Shown: in pieces, positions 49,292 through 59,350 of the stretch
Layout of the letters: each line of letters opens with the position of its first letter
How positions within the stretch are numbered: position 1 is the first letter of the stretch
DNA from: Candidatus Latescibacterota bacterium
Lineage (GTDB): Bacteria > Latescibacterota > UBA2968 > SICM01
Direction: 5' to 3'
DNA: 64,000 bases
NCBI GenBank assembly: GCA_965217865.1
Contig: CBDCJO010000002.1
Span: 4,832,001-4,896,000 of the forward strand
Made by a program: the position numbers and the translations under genes
Notes under the pieces: model-generated
What the model saw: the letters and a program-made list of their open reading frames with translations, nothing else
What the model was told of the DNA's origin: nothing
Databases searched by the model: none

Positions 49292-49478
49292 ACTCCATTG
49301 AATATTTAATATTGAATATCGAAGAATTGAATATTTGAAAACCTTAGGACTTTCTTGTGGCTATATTGATCTCTTCGATATTCAATCTTCAATTCCCACT
49401 GGCCCCTGACTTTGCTTTTCCTGCCACTGCCACTGCTACTGCCCTTGCTTTCACCAGACCTCCGACCCCGGATCTTCA
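49292..49478 (-). repeat. Heptamer-repeat hairpin element (family H1)
   Basis: Reverse complement aligns to 22218..22345 and, in its first part, to 25110..25205. Confidence 0.8.
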
Positions 49479-51842
49479 TCAATCCAGGTCATTCAACAGG
49501 CCTAGATCGTCAGCCGCTTTCATGAACTCCAGGGCGTCGGCAAGGTACATGCACAGACCTCCCTCAGGGGCCATGAAATGAGCGTGGTTGAGGCGATGAC
49601 GAAAGTCGTGGGCGCCGTGTTCGACATATTTTCGATCCCCGGTGAGCCTGTAAGCGTATGCCAGGGGCAGCATCATTCTCATACTCTCACAGCCTGAGGC
49701 CTCTCTACGTGATTTATAGAGACCGTTCCCGAAGGTGTATTTCAGGGCGTAACCCTCCGGCAGAGTGCCCTTGGTCATCGCAAACGCAAGGGCTTTGAGG
49801 AGGGCCTCTTTGACGTCTTCGTCTCCTGTGACCTCGTGGTATCGCTTCATTCCGGTCAGGAGCGCGCCTGTCTGCAGGGCGGGGCCGGAGGCCATGACGA
49901 GCCCACGGGACCAGGCCATCTGGAACTCACCCTCTGAGGTCTGACGCTCAAGCGCAATATCGATGACCTTCCGAGCAGCCTTGAGGTATTTCTTGTCCCG
50001 GGTGTGATTGTATACGGACACGAGGCCGGTGAGGCACCATCCGGATGTTCGCTCTTCCCGGTCTCGCCGGGTGTAGCCTTTATCGACCATTCGCACAAAA
50101 GCGTCGGCCGATCCGATGGCGGTTTCGAGGGATCGACGGTATCCGGTCGTATAGTAATAGGTCAGGTTCGTGACCAGCCATGAATGCGACAGCGCGGTCG
50201 TGAAGCGACTGCCATCAGTGGCGTAATGCGATCGGGGGCAGCCCTCCCGCTCAGAGATCTCGGGGGGAACACGGTGCATGACGTCCACGTCCATCAAGTG
50301 AAGCGCGGCGGCCTCTCCCAGCTCACGATACATCATCTCCCCGGTTCGCTGGAACTGGATCAGCATGGAGTGTCCGACGTCGTCGTGCAGGTGACTGAAT
50401 CCTCCGCTCACGTGATTTCGATACCTCGGGCTGCCGTAGTCCCCGAAGTTCAACACCCCCTCGCCGCGTCCACGACTCGCTTGGCCCACGAAGTCGTTTC
50501 GGAAAAAGTTCTCCAGTTCGGGGTATTTCCGCGGCTGGTAGGGCATGATCTCACCGCAGACCTTTGTCTCTGCGAACCAGCCTCCTGGGCAGTTGACGTG
50601 GAGCTCCCCGTCCATACCGAACCCGATCCAGCCCAGCATGCGGCTCTGTGCGCGGGCTTCACGTCCCGTGCCTTCGTGGAAATAAAAGAAGAACACGTGG
50701 GTCTTGGCCACGCCCATGTTGATCGGAAAGGGATCTTCCTCGGAGGTGATCAGGTCCAGGGTCAGCTCACCGGGGGAGAGGTGGAAGGCCTTAGGGGGGA
50801 GATGCTGGCCGCCCAGAAAAGCCAAACCTAACCCCTGCTCTCCGTTGGAGATGTCGGCCCAGCCGTTGATAAAGTTCGAGCCGACGACCAGATCGCCGGT
50901 CGCGTTATAGAGGCCGCAGGGATGTGCCTTGGGGCCCTTATACTCCGGATTGTACATGCTGTGTTCTTCGTACTGTGCGAAGGTGCAGGGCTCGTAGACC
51001 TCGAACTGTTTTCGATTCCCTCCGCCCTCCCACTTTTCGAAGCCCTCGGATTCGAATCGCTCGAAGCGCAGCTTTCCATGACTTTCAGGGATGGCTCGTG
51101 TCCAGTCCGCGTCGAGAAGGCCGACCATTTCACCGGGCCGGGCAAGGTGCGTGCTGAAACGGACCAGACTCAACCGGGTTTCCGGGGTTTCCTCCCGGTT
51201 GACGAAGGTGTAGAACGCTTTGACGAAAGGTGATCCCGCGTAGAAATAGATTCGCACGACCCAATCGAAAAGGGCAGTGCCTTTTTCGGAGAAATGGCGG
51301 CCTTCCGCCTTGACGCAGATTCGGAGGTCCCCCGTCTCCTCGATTTCCGCAGTGGCTTCGGGATCTCCGGAGAGGGAATAGGTGGTCCCGGTTTCGTCGG
51401 TGAGTGCGATGTCCGAACTGCCGGGCTGTAGGAGGGGTTTTCCGTTCAGAGAGACGGACTCGAACAGGTTGAAGCCTTGCTTTCGCAATTCGACGGAGAG
51501 GGGCCCGGTATTCACGTGGATCCGATCCTCTGTTTCCCGGACCTCGAGTGGGGTATCCGGTCCGGGACGTTCTCCTTCGAAGTCGGTTTCGAGTTCGTAA
51601 AAGGCCTCTGTCTGTTTTCCGACGCTGGCCTTAAAATCGAGCAGCACCCATTTGATGGTTCCGTCGGGCCAACGGGCAAGCGCCTTGAACTGGCAGGGTT
51701 GAATATCCCCGGCCTCGTCGAACAGCGCGAGTTGATCCTCACTCCGAACCATGCCTTCTTTCAGCGGCACTCCGGAGGTCACAGGCCAGTCTTCCCGCTC
51801 TACGGCGGAAATCTCCTCGACTCTCAGCTTGATGCGGGACAT
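49479..51842 (-). CDS. PcRGLX/YetA-like (exo-rhamnogalacturonan lyase-like) protein
   Basis: PVTSGVPL..G, Q...LARWPDGTIKWVLLDF, V.TGPL, G..NFGD, H.MDVD, SH.W, R..GW; C-terminal alpha/alpha toroid pattern. Confidence 0.7.
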   Translation of the reverse strand: MSRIKLRVEEISAVEREDWPVTSGVPLKEGMVRSEDQLALFDEAGDIQPCQFKALARWPDGTIKWVLLDFKASVGKQTEAFYELETDFEGERPGPDTPLEVRETEDRIHVNTGPLSVELRKQGFNLFESVSLNGKPLLQPGSSDIALTDETGTTYSLSGDPEATAEIEETGDLRICVKAEGRHFSEKGTALFDWVVRIYFYAGSPFVKAFYTFVNREETPETRLSLVRFSTHLARPGEMVGLLDADWTRAIPESHGKLRFERFESEGFEKWEGGGNRKQFEVYEPCTFAQYEEHSMYNPEYKGPKAHPCGLYNATGDLVVGSNFINGWADISNGEQGLGLAFLGGQHLPPKAFHLSPGELTLDLITSEEDPFPINMGVAKTHVFFFYFHEGTGREARAQSRMLGWIGFGMDGELHVNCPGGWFAETKVCGEIMPYQPRKYPELENFFRNDFVGQASRGRGEGVLNFGDYGSPRYRNHVSGGFSHLHDDVGHSMLIQFQRTGEMMYRELGEAAALHLMDVDVMHRVPPEISEREGCPRSHYATDGSRFTTALSHSWLVTNLTYYYTTGYRRSLETAIGSADAFVRMVDKGYTRRDREERTSGWCLTGLVSVYNHTRDKKYLKAARKVIDIALERQTSEGEFQMAWSRGLVMASGPALQTGALLTGMKRYHEVTGDEDVKEALLKALAFAMTKGTLPEGYALKYTFGNGLYKSRREASGCESMRMMLPLAYAYRLTGDRKYVEHGAHDFRHRLNHAHFMAPEGGLCMYLADALEFMKAADDLGLLNDLD

Positions 51843-51879
51843 GAGGGGTGCTCCTTATGGATTTTGTTTGATTAAAACA

Positions 51880-52060
51880 GAGATTCTTCGCTGGCGCTCA
51901 GAATGACACGACTGTTTTTAGATGTCACCCCTGACACCCTTCTCCGACTCCACTGCGTTGCGCTCAGGACTGTGGCTTCGACAGTGGCCAAAGAACGTCA
52001 CGGCGTTATCCTGAACCAAGTTGAAGGATTCAGGGCAATCTTCGCTTGCGCTCAGTTGGA
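51880..52060. repeat. Cluster of CTTCG...CGCTCAG-type palindromic repeats
   Basis: GAGATTCTTCGCTGGCGCTCAGAATGAC; CGCTCAGGAC; ATCCTGAAC...TTCAGG; TCTTCGCTTGCGCTCAG; a related unit lies at about 505..552. Confidence 0.6.
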
Positions 52061-52107
52061 TCTCCTCGGATAAAAGGTCGTTTTTGAAAAATCAGAGTCA
52101 ATCGATT

Positions 52108-54109
52108 TCAACCCGGCATTTCAAGCTCACCTTTGGTAGGGGATTCCTCGGATTCATCCTCTTCGCTACGGTCTCGAAGGTCCATGGCAACACAGATCGC
52201 CCCACAAGGAATGGTCCTGTTATCGATACTCCGGGCTTCAGCAATTGCAATCACCAGACCCTGGGACCCTTGGTTGCCGGCAGGGATTCGTACAGAACTC
52301 GAAAATTCGATAAGCTCCCCTGCTTCCAGGGTGCGATCCAATTCCAGATCGGAGGGGACGGCCTCCCATCCTTCGGGCGGATGAAGCCGGATGGTTCCTA
52401 TATGATAGGCTTCGTGATTGTGGTTCGTCAGGACCAGTTTGACTTCCGACTCCATTCCAAAGATGCGGAGGGGGTCCTGAAGGAAGGACAGCTCCAGACC
52501 CGATATCAAACTGGCACCGCGGTATGCGTGCTCTCCGGCCACCCGAAAGGCTGAACCGAAGGGGTCGTCGGTCGTGCTCGTGGACCAGGAATGGATCCCG
52601 CCGAGCAACTCCAAAGCGCGATCTGCCTCCCCCGTCCGTGTGTCTGACTTTCCCCCCTCTGCAGGGATCGACTCCAGGAATTCCGCGTCGTTCAACGCCT
52701 TGCCGGCAACATCCGGCCAGGTTTCTCCCCATTGCGGGGGGATGGTCGGATCGCTGCGATCGGGATTCCGTTCAAGCTCGTTTGCGGCCTGTCTCAAGTT
52801 GGCCGCGCATTCCATAAGATGATTGCTTAGCGCATCCCGGAGTTCGACCACGACGCGGCCGGACTCCGGTGGAACGGAGATGAAAGTCTTTCCATCCTTC
52901 ACGGGGAGTCGTCTCCCTGAGTAGAGCTCCACCGGATGTCGGACGCCTGGAGGGGTGGTGAACCAACTATTGAATTCACGGTGAAGATCAGGATTCAAGA
53001 AAACCGCGCCTCCCTCATATTGGCGATTCCACAGAGCACCCTGTTTATTCGTATCCCCCCTCGGTTCGAGGAGTCTGGCTCGATAAAGAAGCCTGACCTG
53101 ATCCACCTCAGGACACATTGCGGTCCACTTGAAGCCGGAGAGCAAGGCGCAGGCAAATGTATAGAAGCAGTTCTCCCGGGCGGTATACCTTGCGGTGGGT
53201 TGGATATAGCTCAGGGCTGCGACAAACCTCCCTTTTTTTACCTCATTTCTATGCTCTTCCGCCCACTCCAGGACTTTCTCCCCAATTGTGTCGGCGCTCA
53301 CCCGTGCCCGAGGTCGCGATGTAGGATTCAATCATGCATCCGTCTCTGATCTGGCTGTACACATTCTCTCGTCCGCCGTTGAGTAAGACGATTTTCTCCT
53401 GACCGTAGCTCTTTACGGCGTTGTATATGCGTTCCGTACAACCTAAATAGGACTTGTCCGTGTTGTCTCCCGGAGGGCGATGCTTGTGTATTCCGAGCTC
53501 TTCCCCATAACAAATAGCCAGCCGCTTTGTGTAGATGTTGTCGATGAAGATTCCATCGAAGCCGATATCCATCAGGGCCCGTGCCCCCCGTTCCACGGCC
53601 TCCAGGTAGCCCTCGGCGCTCGAACACATGTACCACGACAGCCTGCACGGGTTCTTTTGGTCCTGGTACTTCTGGCCGTGCGCCTCCCAGATGCCCCATA
53701 TCACTTCACGATCATCCGGATCTTTTTTCGCATACGAACCGTATCGCGGTGAGGGACGGCCGAATTTGTCGATCAGGATCCACTCGGGGTGAGATCCCGG
53801 ATCCACGCATTGATAGTAAGGGGGGGAACACCCCTTATTCCGATCGATGAATGCTTTCAGCCTTTCCGGTGTGTCGACGGACCAGGCCTTCTCCGGGGAG
53901 AGGTAGGGAAGCACCTTGATGCCCAGGGCGTGTGCTTCTTCGAGGTAGCGTTTCATGTCTTCCGGATCGAGGGGCCAGTCGATATGGCTCAGTAGGGTGA
54001 TCCCGCACCCCTTGAGGGTTTTCAGGTCCATTCCCTGCGGCCAGCAGGAATAGTTGATGTCGGCGAGGAGGTTCGGGTTCAACTTTATAGGCCTCTTTGG
54101 AGAATGCAA
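52108..54109 (-). pseudogene. Putative glycoside-hydrolase-like TIM barrel with C-terminal NEW3-like domain, split by one extra G
   Basis: ORF 53249..54109 (AHALGIKV.PY, HPEW, GFDGIFIDN) joins ORF 52108..53331 if one base is removed from the run at 53280-53283 (ERRHNW/EKVLEW); LHPPEGW...L.AGE NEW3-like end. Confidence 0.65.
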
Positions 54110-54154
54110 GTTGCAAAGTGAAAAATGGAAATTTCAAAATTCAAGACTTGGAAT

Positions 54155-54296
54155 ACCCGTGGATCATAATTCGTGACTCGGGGATCGGAATACCCGGGGT
54201 TGGTGATACGTGGATAGTGGATCGGAAAACCGAACCCCTCATTTTGACTATTCCTCAAAAAATTCGCATCGACCATTTGCGAATCACGAATCACGT
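54155..54296 (+). repeat. Heptamer-repeat hairpin element (family H2)
   Basis: CCGTGGATC...TTCGTGACTCGGGGATCGGAA...GCGAATCACGAATCACG; homologous to 61757..61868 and 14272..14375. Confidence 0.75.
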
Positions 54297-54451
54297 AAAT
54301 TACAAAGACTGTCAAAGAGAAACCATAATAGGGCGGGATTTTCCGTGTGTCAAGGATTAACAAATGGCAAGATCGAAAAACAACTGGTTTGCTCTGAATT
54401 CTAGAATGGGTTACCTTTGACGTGTTTATTCTATCTTTCACTGGAAGCTTT

Positions 54452-55057
54452 ATGAAACCTAAAAGAGGGATTCCGATATGGGCGGTAAATCTTTTATTGA
54501 TTCTGTTTTCCCCGGAACAAGCGCTCTCCGAGAATGGATTTTTGGTCCTGGGCGGTTACAACTACGCCTCCGCTGCGGCCATCAGGTCGTTCAATAGCGA
54601 TTTGGACGGGGTTGGGACGGGTTATATCCGGATCGAAGGAGAAATATCTCTCACCCCTCGTGTCTCGGCGGTGGTCGTCCTGGATGGTCACGAGGCCGAC
54701 AGCTTCGTTACGGACCCGAGAGGACGGATAGACCTTGAGATCTCAAATATCTCCTCGTCGCTGATGCTGCGAATCCACATTGCTTCGGAAGGGAGACTTC
54801 GCGGATTTTTTGAATTCGGACCAACCGCCAATTATATAGACATCGAGGCTTCGCCAACCGATCTGAGCAGAACGATCAATCTCATCAATGCGAGTCCTAC
54901 AAAACCGGGGGGTTCCTTTTCGGTGGGGATAAGATATCGCTTCGGGGGGAGATTGGCTTTTGAAAGCGTGGCCGGATACCTGGTTGTGCCAAAACACAAC
55001 GGAGTAGACGTTTCGAATATCAGAATCGCATCCGGGATCGGATTTGTTTGGGAATGA
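54452..55057 (+). CDS. Small outer-membrane beta-barrel protein
   Basis: Signal peptide, about 8 amphipathic strands, C-terminal SGIGFVWE. Confidence 0.65.
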   Translation: MKPKRGIPIWAVNLLLILFSPEQALSENGFLVLGGYNYASAAAIRSFNSDLDGVGTGYIRIEGEISLTPRVSAVVVLDGHEADSFVTDPRGRIDLEISNISSSLMLRIHIASEGRLRGFFEFGPTANYIDIEASPTDLSRTINLINASPTKPGGSFSVGIRYRFGGRLAFESVAGYLVVPKHNGVDVSNIRIASGIGFVWE

Positions 55058-55172
55058 AAAACAATCATGTTATTGATATTGAACACGTTACACAATAAAC
55101 CGAGCGATGGGGACCAGGAGTGGTTTGAGAGGATGCAGATCTCTGTCGTTTTTTTTAACCCATAGGGGCTAG

Positions 55173-56918
55173 ATGAGCCGACCGATCTATTTCACGGATA
55201 TGGGGATGTGCGAGCCGAATCACGTGCTGTCGCGTGTGAGCCGCGTTCGTCACTGGTCGCTGTGGGATTATGAGACGGACCCCGATCGGGGCGTCCACCT
55301 GAAAGGAAGGATGCTCTATGCCAGCCAGAGTACGGAATCCCCGCCTGTCACGCTCAAGCTGAATCTGAAGGGTCCTCACGCTATCTACTTGGCCAGCCAT
55401 CACGGCTGGTCCCCGGAGCTCTACATCCTGAAGGCTAAGCTCACGAAGGACCCGTGCTTTCACCGGTTCGCGACTCAGTTGGTCTCGGACAAGGACCTGA
55501 GGACTCTGGGTGTGGAGCAGTTCCCGGAAAGGAACTTCACCAAGTACGATTTGGTCGAATGGTTCTGGCGCTACGAAGACCTGACCGGCCAGGAGATCAC
55601 GTTTGCACGTCCCAACCAAGGAAGCATCAGAGAAGAGAATTGTTCCTTGGCTTACGTCAAGTGCATCCCCCTATCGGAAGGGGAGATCGCTGGGCTGGAG
55701 AAATTGAGATCAGAGAATGAGACGAAGGTTCTGATGGGGGCCATCGACGGAGGGGGCACTTACGGGTGGCTTCCCGAGTCCAGGGAGGACCTGTGGGAGG
55801 AGATCGAGCCGTTTCGCGGAACGGACGTGGGCAGGATCTGTTTTACGATCGCAAGGACAGATGTCTGCGTGTTTCCGACGAAGGTGGGAACGAGGCGGAC
55901 CCGGGAGATGGGTTACTTTCACCCATGTTTTCGGGTGGTGGGGGAGTGTATGGAGCGCCTTGCATCCCGCGGGATCGACCCCCTTAAGGAAACGATCGAC
56001 TACGCACACGATTCGGGGGTGAAGATTCTGGTGACGAACCGACCCGCCGCCCCCCACATGGCGCCTTTTCAGGAGGACATGCACAGTCCATGGTATACCC
56101 GGAATTCCCAATGGCGCTGCCGGCTTGAGGATGGGAGTCCGCTCCAACAGATGAGCTTCGCGTATCCGGAGGTCGCCGAGAAATTCCTCGGGATTTTCAG
56201 GGAGGGGCTTGAGCGGGGTGCGGACGGCATCTGCATGATGTGGTGCCGCGGATGGCCCTGGGTGATGTATGAGGAGCCGGTGGTGGAATCTTTTTCCGAA
56301 AAATTTGGGGAAGATCCCCGAAAGCTCCCAAGAAATGATCCCCGATGGGTGAAACATAAAGCGGATGTCATGACGGACGGGTTCGTCCGTCCGATGCGAC
56401 GGATTCTTGACGAGATCGGCCAGGAGCGGGATGAGCATCTTGAGGCGGCATACTACGTGTTCGGCCGTCCGGAGGATTGTCTGCACAATTCGCTGGACGT
56501 CGAGACGTGGGTGAAGGAGGGCCTGGTCGACCATCTTATGGTTCATCCTGGCACCTGGAGCGAAGGCGCCGGGGGGGAGCGGATATCGATCCCAGTTCAC
56601 GAGGCCGTTCCTCTTTTCAAAGAGATGGCAAAGGGAACGGGGGTGAAGGTTTATGCAGATGTCTATCCCCGAAGGATGCCCGCAGGAAGCTACCTGGATC
56701 AGGCAAGATTATATTTTGACAGCGGGGCGGATGGACTGATGTACTGGGATGTGGACTCACGGACATCCCGCAAGAGCGAGTGGGTCACCGCATGCCGGTT
56801 GGGACATAGAAAATTGATCGACAACTGGCCGCTTGATGTGAGTCCGTACTTCAAGGTGGTTCCGCTGAAGCAGATCGCAGGATTATCGGCTGACCCGAGA
56901 TATGATACGACGGGATGA
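55173..56918 (+). CDS. GHL10-like glycoside hydrolase family protein with N-terminal beta domain
   Basis: GIDPL...I.YAH..G.K, MSFAYPEV, GADGI, DVETWVKEGLVD.L, GADG..YWD; paralogue of 61869..63581. Confidence 0.65.
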   Translation: MSRPIYFTDMGMCEPNHVLSRVSRVRHWSLWDYETDPDRGVHLKGRMLYASQSTESPPVTLKLNLKGPHAIYLASHHGWSPELYILKAKLTKDPCFHRFATQLVSDKDLRTLGVEQFPERNFTKYDLVEWFWRYEDLTGQEITFARPNQGSIREENCSLAYVKCIPLSEGEIAGLEKLRSENETKVLMGAIDGGGTYGWLPESREDLWEEIEPFRGTDVGRICFTIARTDVCVFPTKVGTRRTREMGYFHPCFRVVGECMERLASRGIDPLKETIDYAHDSGVKILVTNRPAAPHMAPFQEDMHSPWYTRNSQWRCRLEDGSPLQQMSFAYPEVAEKFLGIFREGLERGADGICMMWCRGWPWVMYEEPVVESFSEKFGEDPRKLPRNDPRWVKHKADVMTDGFVRPMRRILDEIGQERDEHLEAAYYVFGRPEDCLHNSLDVETWVKEGLVDHLMVHPGTWSEGAGGERISIPVHEAVPLFKEMAKGTGVKVYADVYPRRMPAGSYLDQARLYFDSGADGLMYWDVDSRTSRKSEWVTACRLGHRKLIDNWPLDVSPYFKVVPLKQIAGLSADPRYDTTG

Positions 56919-57134
56919 GAATTTCAAAAATGCAAATTGATCAGGTGGCCGAAAAGGGGGTGACGTTGGGAATCGTTTATTCCGGTTCGTAAACCTGACG
57001 GAATTCGAGATTCACACTTGACAACAGATTGTGTAAGAACAATATTTTAATAGTACCTTAGAAAATTGTTTGTGTGCTTCCATTTGGAAAGGCGATGGAC
57101 GCCGCGGGAATAAAAGCCGGGAGGAACCAGGACG

Positions 57135-57170
57135 AGCCGCATCTGGATCCGTGCGGTTTTTTTTGTTTTT
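57135..57170 (+). terminator. Intrinsic terminator in the leader of the GWxTD gene
   Basis: AGCCGCA-10 nt-TGCGGTT stem followed by a long T tract, about 75 bp upstream of the CDS. Confidence 0.6.
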
Positions 57171-57241
57171 AATCCAAAGTCTAAATTTCCGGAAGCTGAT
57201 AGCGGTTGCATCCTTTTTGAAAAAAAGGGAATGGGGATCGG

Positions 57242-59278
57242 TTGGTGATTAGAATTCTAAGAATAATTCTGTTGATCGCTGGCGTGTCGGGAGCCTATAC
57301 AACCAACGGATTGAGTACGCCTCCAAGGTCTATTAAAACCGAACTCGATTCCATGATAAATTCCGTGGGTCCCCCGGATGTGAGGGCCCTCCGGCGAGGC
57401 CCCCGTCAGGCGGAAGTCGATTCGTTGATTCAAGAGGTTACCCAGCAGATTGGGATGGGCAATCTGAAGGGGGCCATATCCCATATCGACACGATCATGG
57501 AGATCGACCCCCATCGACCGATTAGCGCCTACGACATCCAATTCGTGCCCCTGGTCGCTCAAGCCCATATGGAAAACGGTCGATTTGGTGAGGCGGCCAG
57601 GGCGTTCAGAGCCTATTTTCGAAGCTTAAGTCCACAGGAACGTGCGTTGTATGAGGACATCTCCCTGGTGGGAACACCGGATGAGGTCGAAGTATTCAAT
57701 ACCCTCCAAGGGAAAGAGTTGTTGTTTTTCCTGAGGGGATTCTGGGCTCGAAGGGACATGGATCTGGTGGCCGGCATCAACCGAAGGCTTATGGAGCACT
57801 ATCGCCGGGTGTGGGTTGCCCAGACTCAATTCTCCAATTACCAGATTCCATGGGACCGTCGTGGTGAGATCTATATTCGCTACGGGGAACCCTATCTACG
57901 GCAGGGGTGGGGGGACCCCGAATACCAAAGGGCGATGGACCCGAAGGTCCAGGCTGTTCGTCACAGGATGGCGACCCGTCTTTACGGTCTGGCGGTCATG
58001 GATGGTGGGGGTTCCGCGGGGTTTGGGTTGGAGAATATGCAATCGCTTCTGTCTGTGCTGAGCGGGTCTATAAAGGAAAGCGGCACTTTTTCCGACCCCA
58101 TTGACCCTTCGTTGAATCTGCACGGGGGTATCTTCCAACAGGTGCCTTCCAGCATGGTATTGGTCAAGGGCCCGGTCTATCCCCTCCAGAATTCGGGTCA
58201 TGGTTATACGATCGTCGGGGCCGGAGGCACGGCAGGGGTGGACTGGGAGAGCTGGGTCTATCCTTACATCGACGGGGGGATCGAAATCGTTTTCACGGAT
58301 GAATCCGGGAGGGGTAATTATGATTTTGCCCCGATTCCCACAATTAACATCCCCGGAGAATATCGAAAAAGCCGACTGTGGAGAACGTTCAATACAGAGA
58401 TCCGCAGAAACGCACCCGATCAGGTGGTTCGTGGTCTCAAGTCGAAGGCCCCGTCTATTTATATTCCGGGTGGCATAACCGAACCGCTTCTGTCTTTCCT
58501 GGCCGCAACTGATTTTCGGGGGGGCGAAGATGGTACGCGGGTCGAGGTATATTTCGGGGTTCCGGCAGAAGAGGTTTCAACCCAGGATAAAGAATGGATC
58601 GGGGAGCGTACGATGGTGATTTATGACAGCTGGTGGCGGGAGATCCATCGATCGTTCGATCGGTCAAAGATATCGGCACTTTACGGCCCCGATGCGGAGA
58701 TTCTGGACATGGTATCGATCGATTTGCCTCCGGGGGACTATGCGATGGCCGTTAAGCTCATGGACTTTTCATCCAAGCGATCTCAGTTGTTTCGGGGCGG
58801 CCTCCGGGTACCCCGTTACGGCGAAGACAGCCTCAAAGTGAGCGGGATAGAGATTGCAAGGCAGATCGACCCGTCCGTGAAGGAGGGGAAGTTCGTAAAA
58901 CATGGACTTCGCGTGATCCCCAAGCCCTCATTGTCTTTTGGACGGGATCAAGATGTCTTTGTCTACTTTGAGGTCTATAATCTACAGCGAAATGTTCATG
59001 GAATAACACACTACCGGGTCGATTACACCCTTCAAAGGCAAAGGGGTAAGAGAGGTAATCGTCTCCTTGCGGGTCTCAAGTGGCTGGTCAGGCGGAATGG
59101 AAAGGGTGAGATGACAACGGTATCACACGAGGGGGAGGGAAGGGACATCCAGGAGGTCGTACACACGGCGCTGGATATGAGGAATAAGAAAAAGGGGGAT
59201 TATAACCTCCAGGTGAGACTCACGGACCTGAACAGCGGGATGACGTCGGAAAGACAGACCACGTTCAGCGTGGAATAA
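57242..59278 (+). CDS. GWxTD-domain protein with N-terminal TPR-like region
   Basis: Signal peptide, FW..RD......N.R..EHYRRV..A...F, WDRRGEIYIRYGEP, E.W.Y, F.D..G.G.Y, C-terminal Ig-like YFEVYNL/G.Y.L.V...D. Confidence 0.85.
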   Translation: MVIRILRIILLIAGVSGAYTTNGLSTPPRSIKTELDSMINSVGPPDVRALRRGPRQAEVDSLIQEVTQQIGMGNLKGAISHIDTIMEIDPHRPISAYDIQFVPLVAQAHMENGRFGEAARAFRAYFRSLSPQERALYEDISLVGTPDEVEVFNTLQGKELLFFLRGFWARRDMDLVAGINRRLMEHYRRVWVAQTQFSNYQIPWDRRGEIYIRYGEPYLRQGWGDPEYQRAMDPKVQAVRHRMATRLYGLAVMDGGGSAGFGLENMQSLLSVLSGSIKESGTFSDPIDPSLNLHGGIFQQVPSSMVLVKGPVYPLQNSGHGYTIVGAGGTAGVDWESWVYPYIDGGIEIVFTDESGRGNYDFAPIPTINIPGEYRKSRLWRTFNTEIRRNAPDQVVRGLKSKAPSIYIPGGITEPLLSFLAATDFRGGEDGTRVEVYFGVPAEEVSTQDKEWIGERTMVIYDSWWREIHRSFDRSKISALYGPDAEILDMVSIDLPPGDYAMAVKLMDFSSKRSQLFRGGLRVPRYGEDSLKVSGIEIARQIDPSVKEGKFVKHGLRVIPKPSLSFGRDQDVFVYFEVYNLQRNVHGITHYRVDYTLQRQRGKRGNRLLAGLKWLVRRNGKGEMTTVSHEGEGRDIQEVVHTALDMRNKKKGDYNLQVRLTDLNSGMTSERQTTFSVE

Positions 59279-59350
59279 AAGGGCAAAGTAATCCAGGTTC
59301 CACGATTCAAGTCCGGTGTCAATGGCATAACCTAAAACCCCGTTCCATCC

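Noticed and set aside
57090-57135. GGCGATGG start resembling a fluoride riboswitch
   Set aside because: Lacks the downstream pseudoknot and conserved 3' elements, and the downstream gene is not fluoride-related
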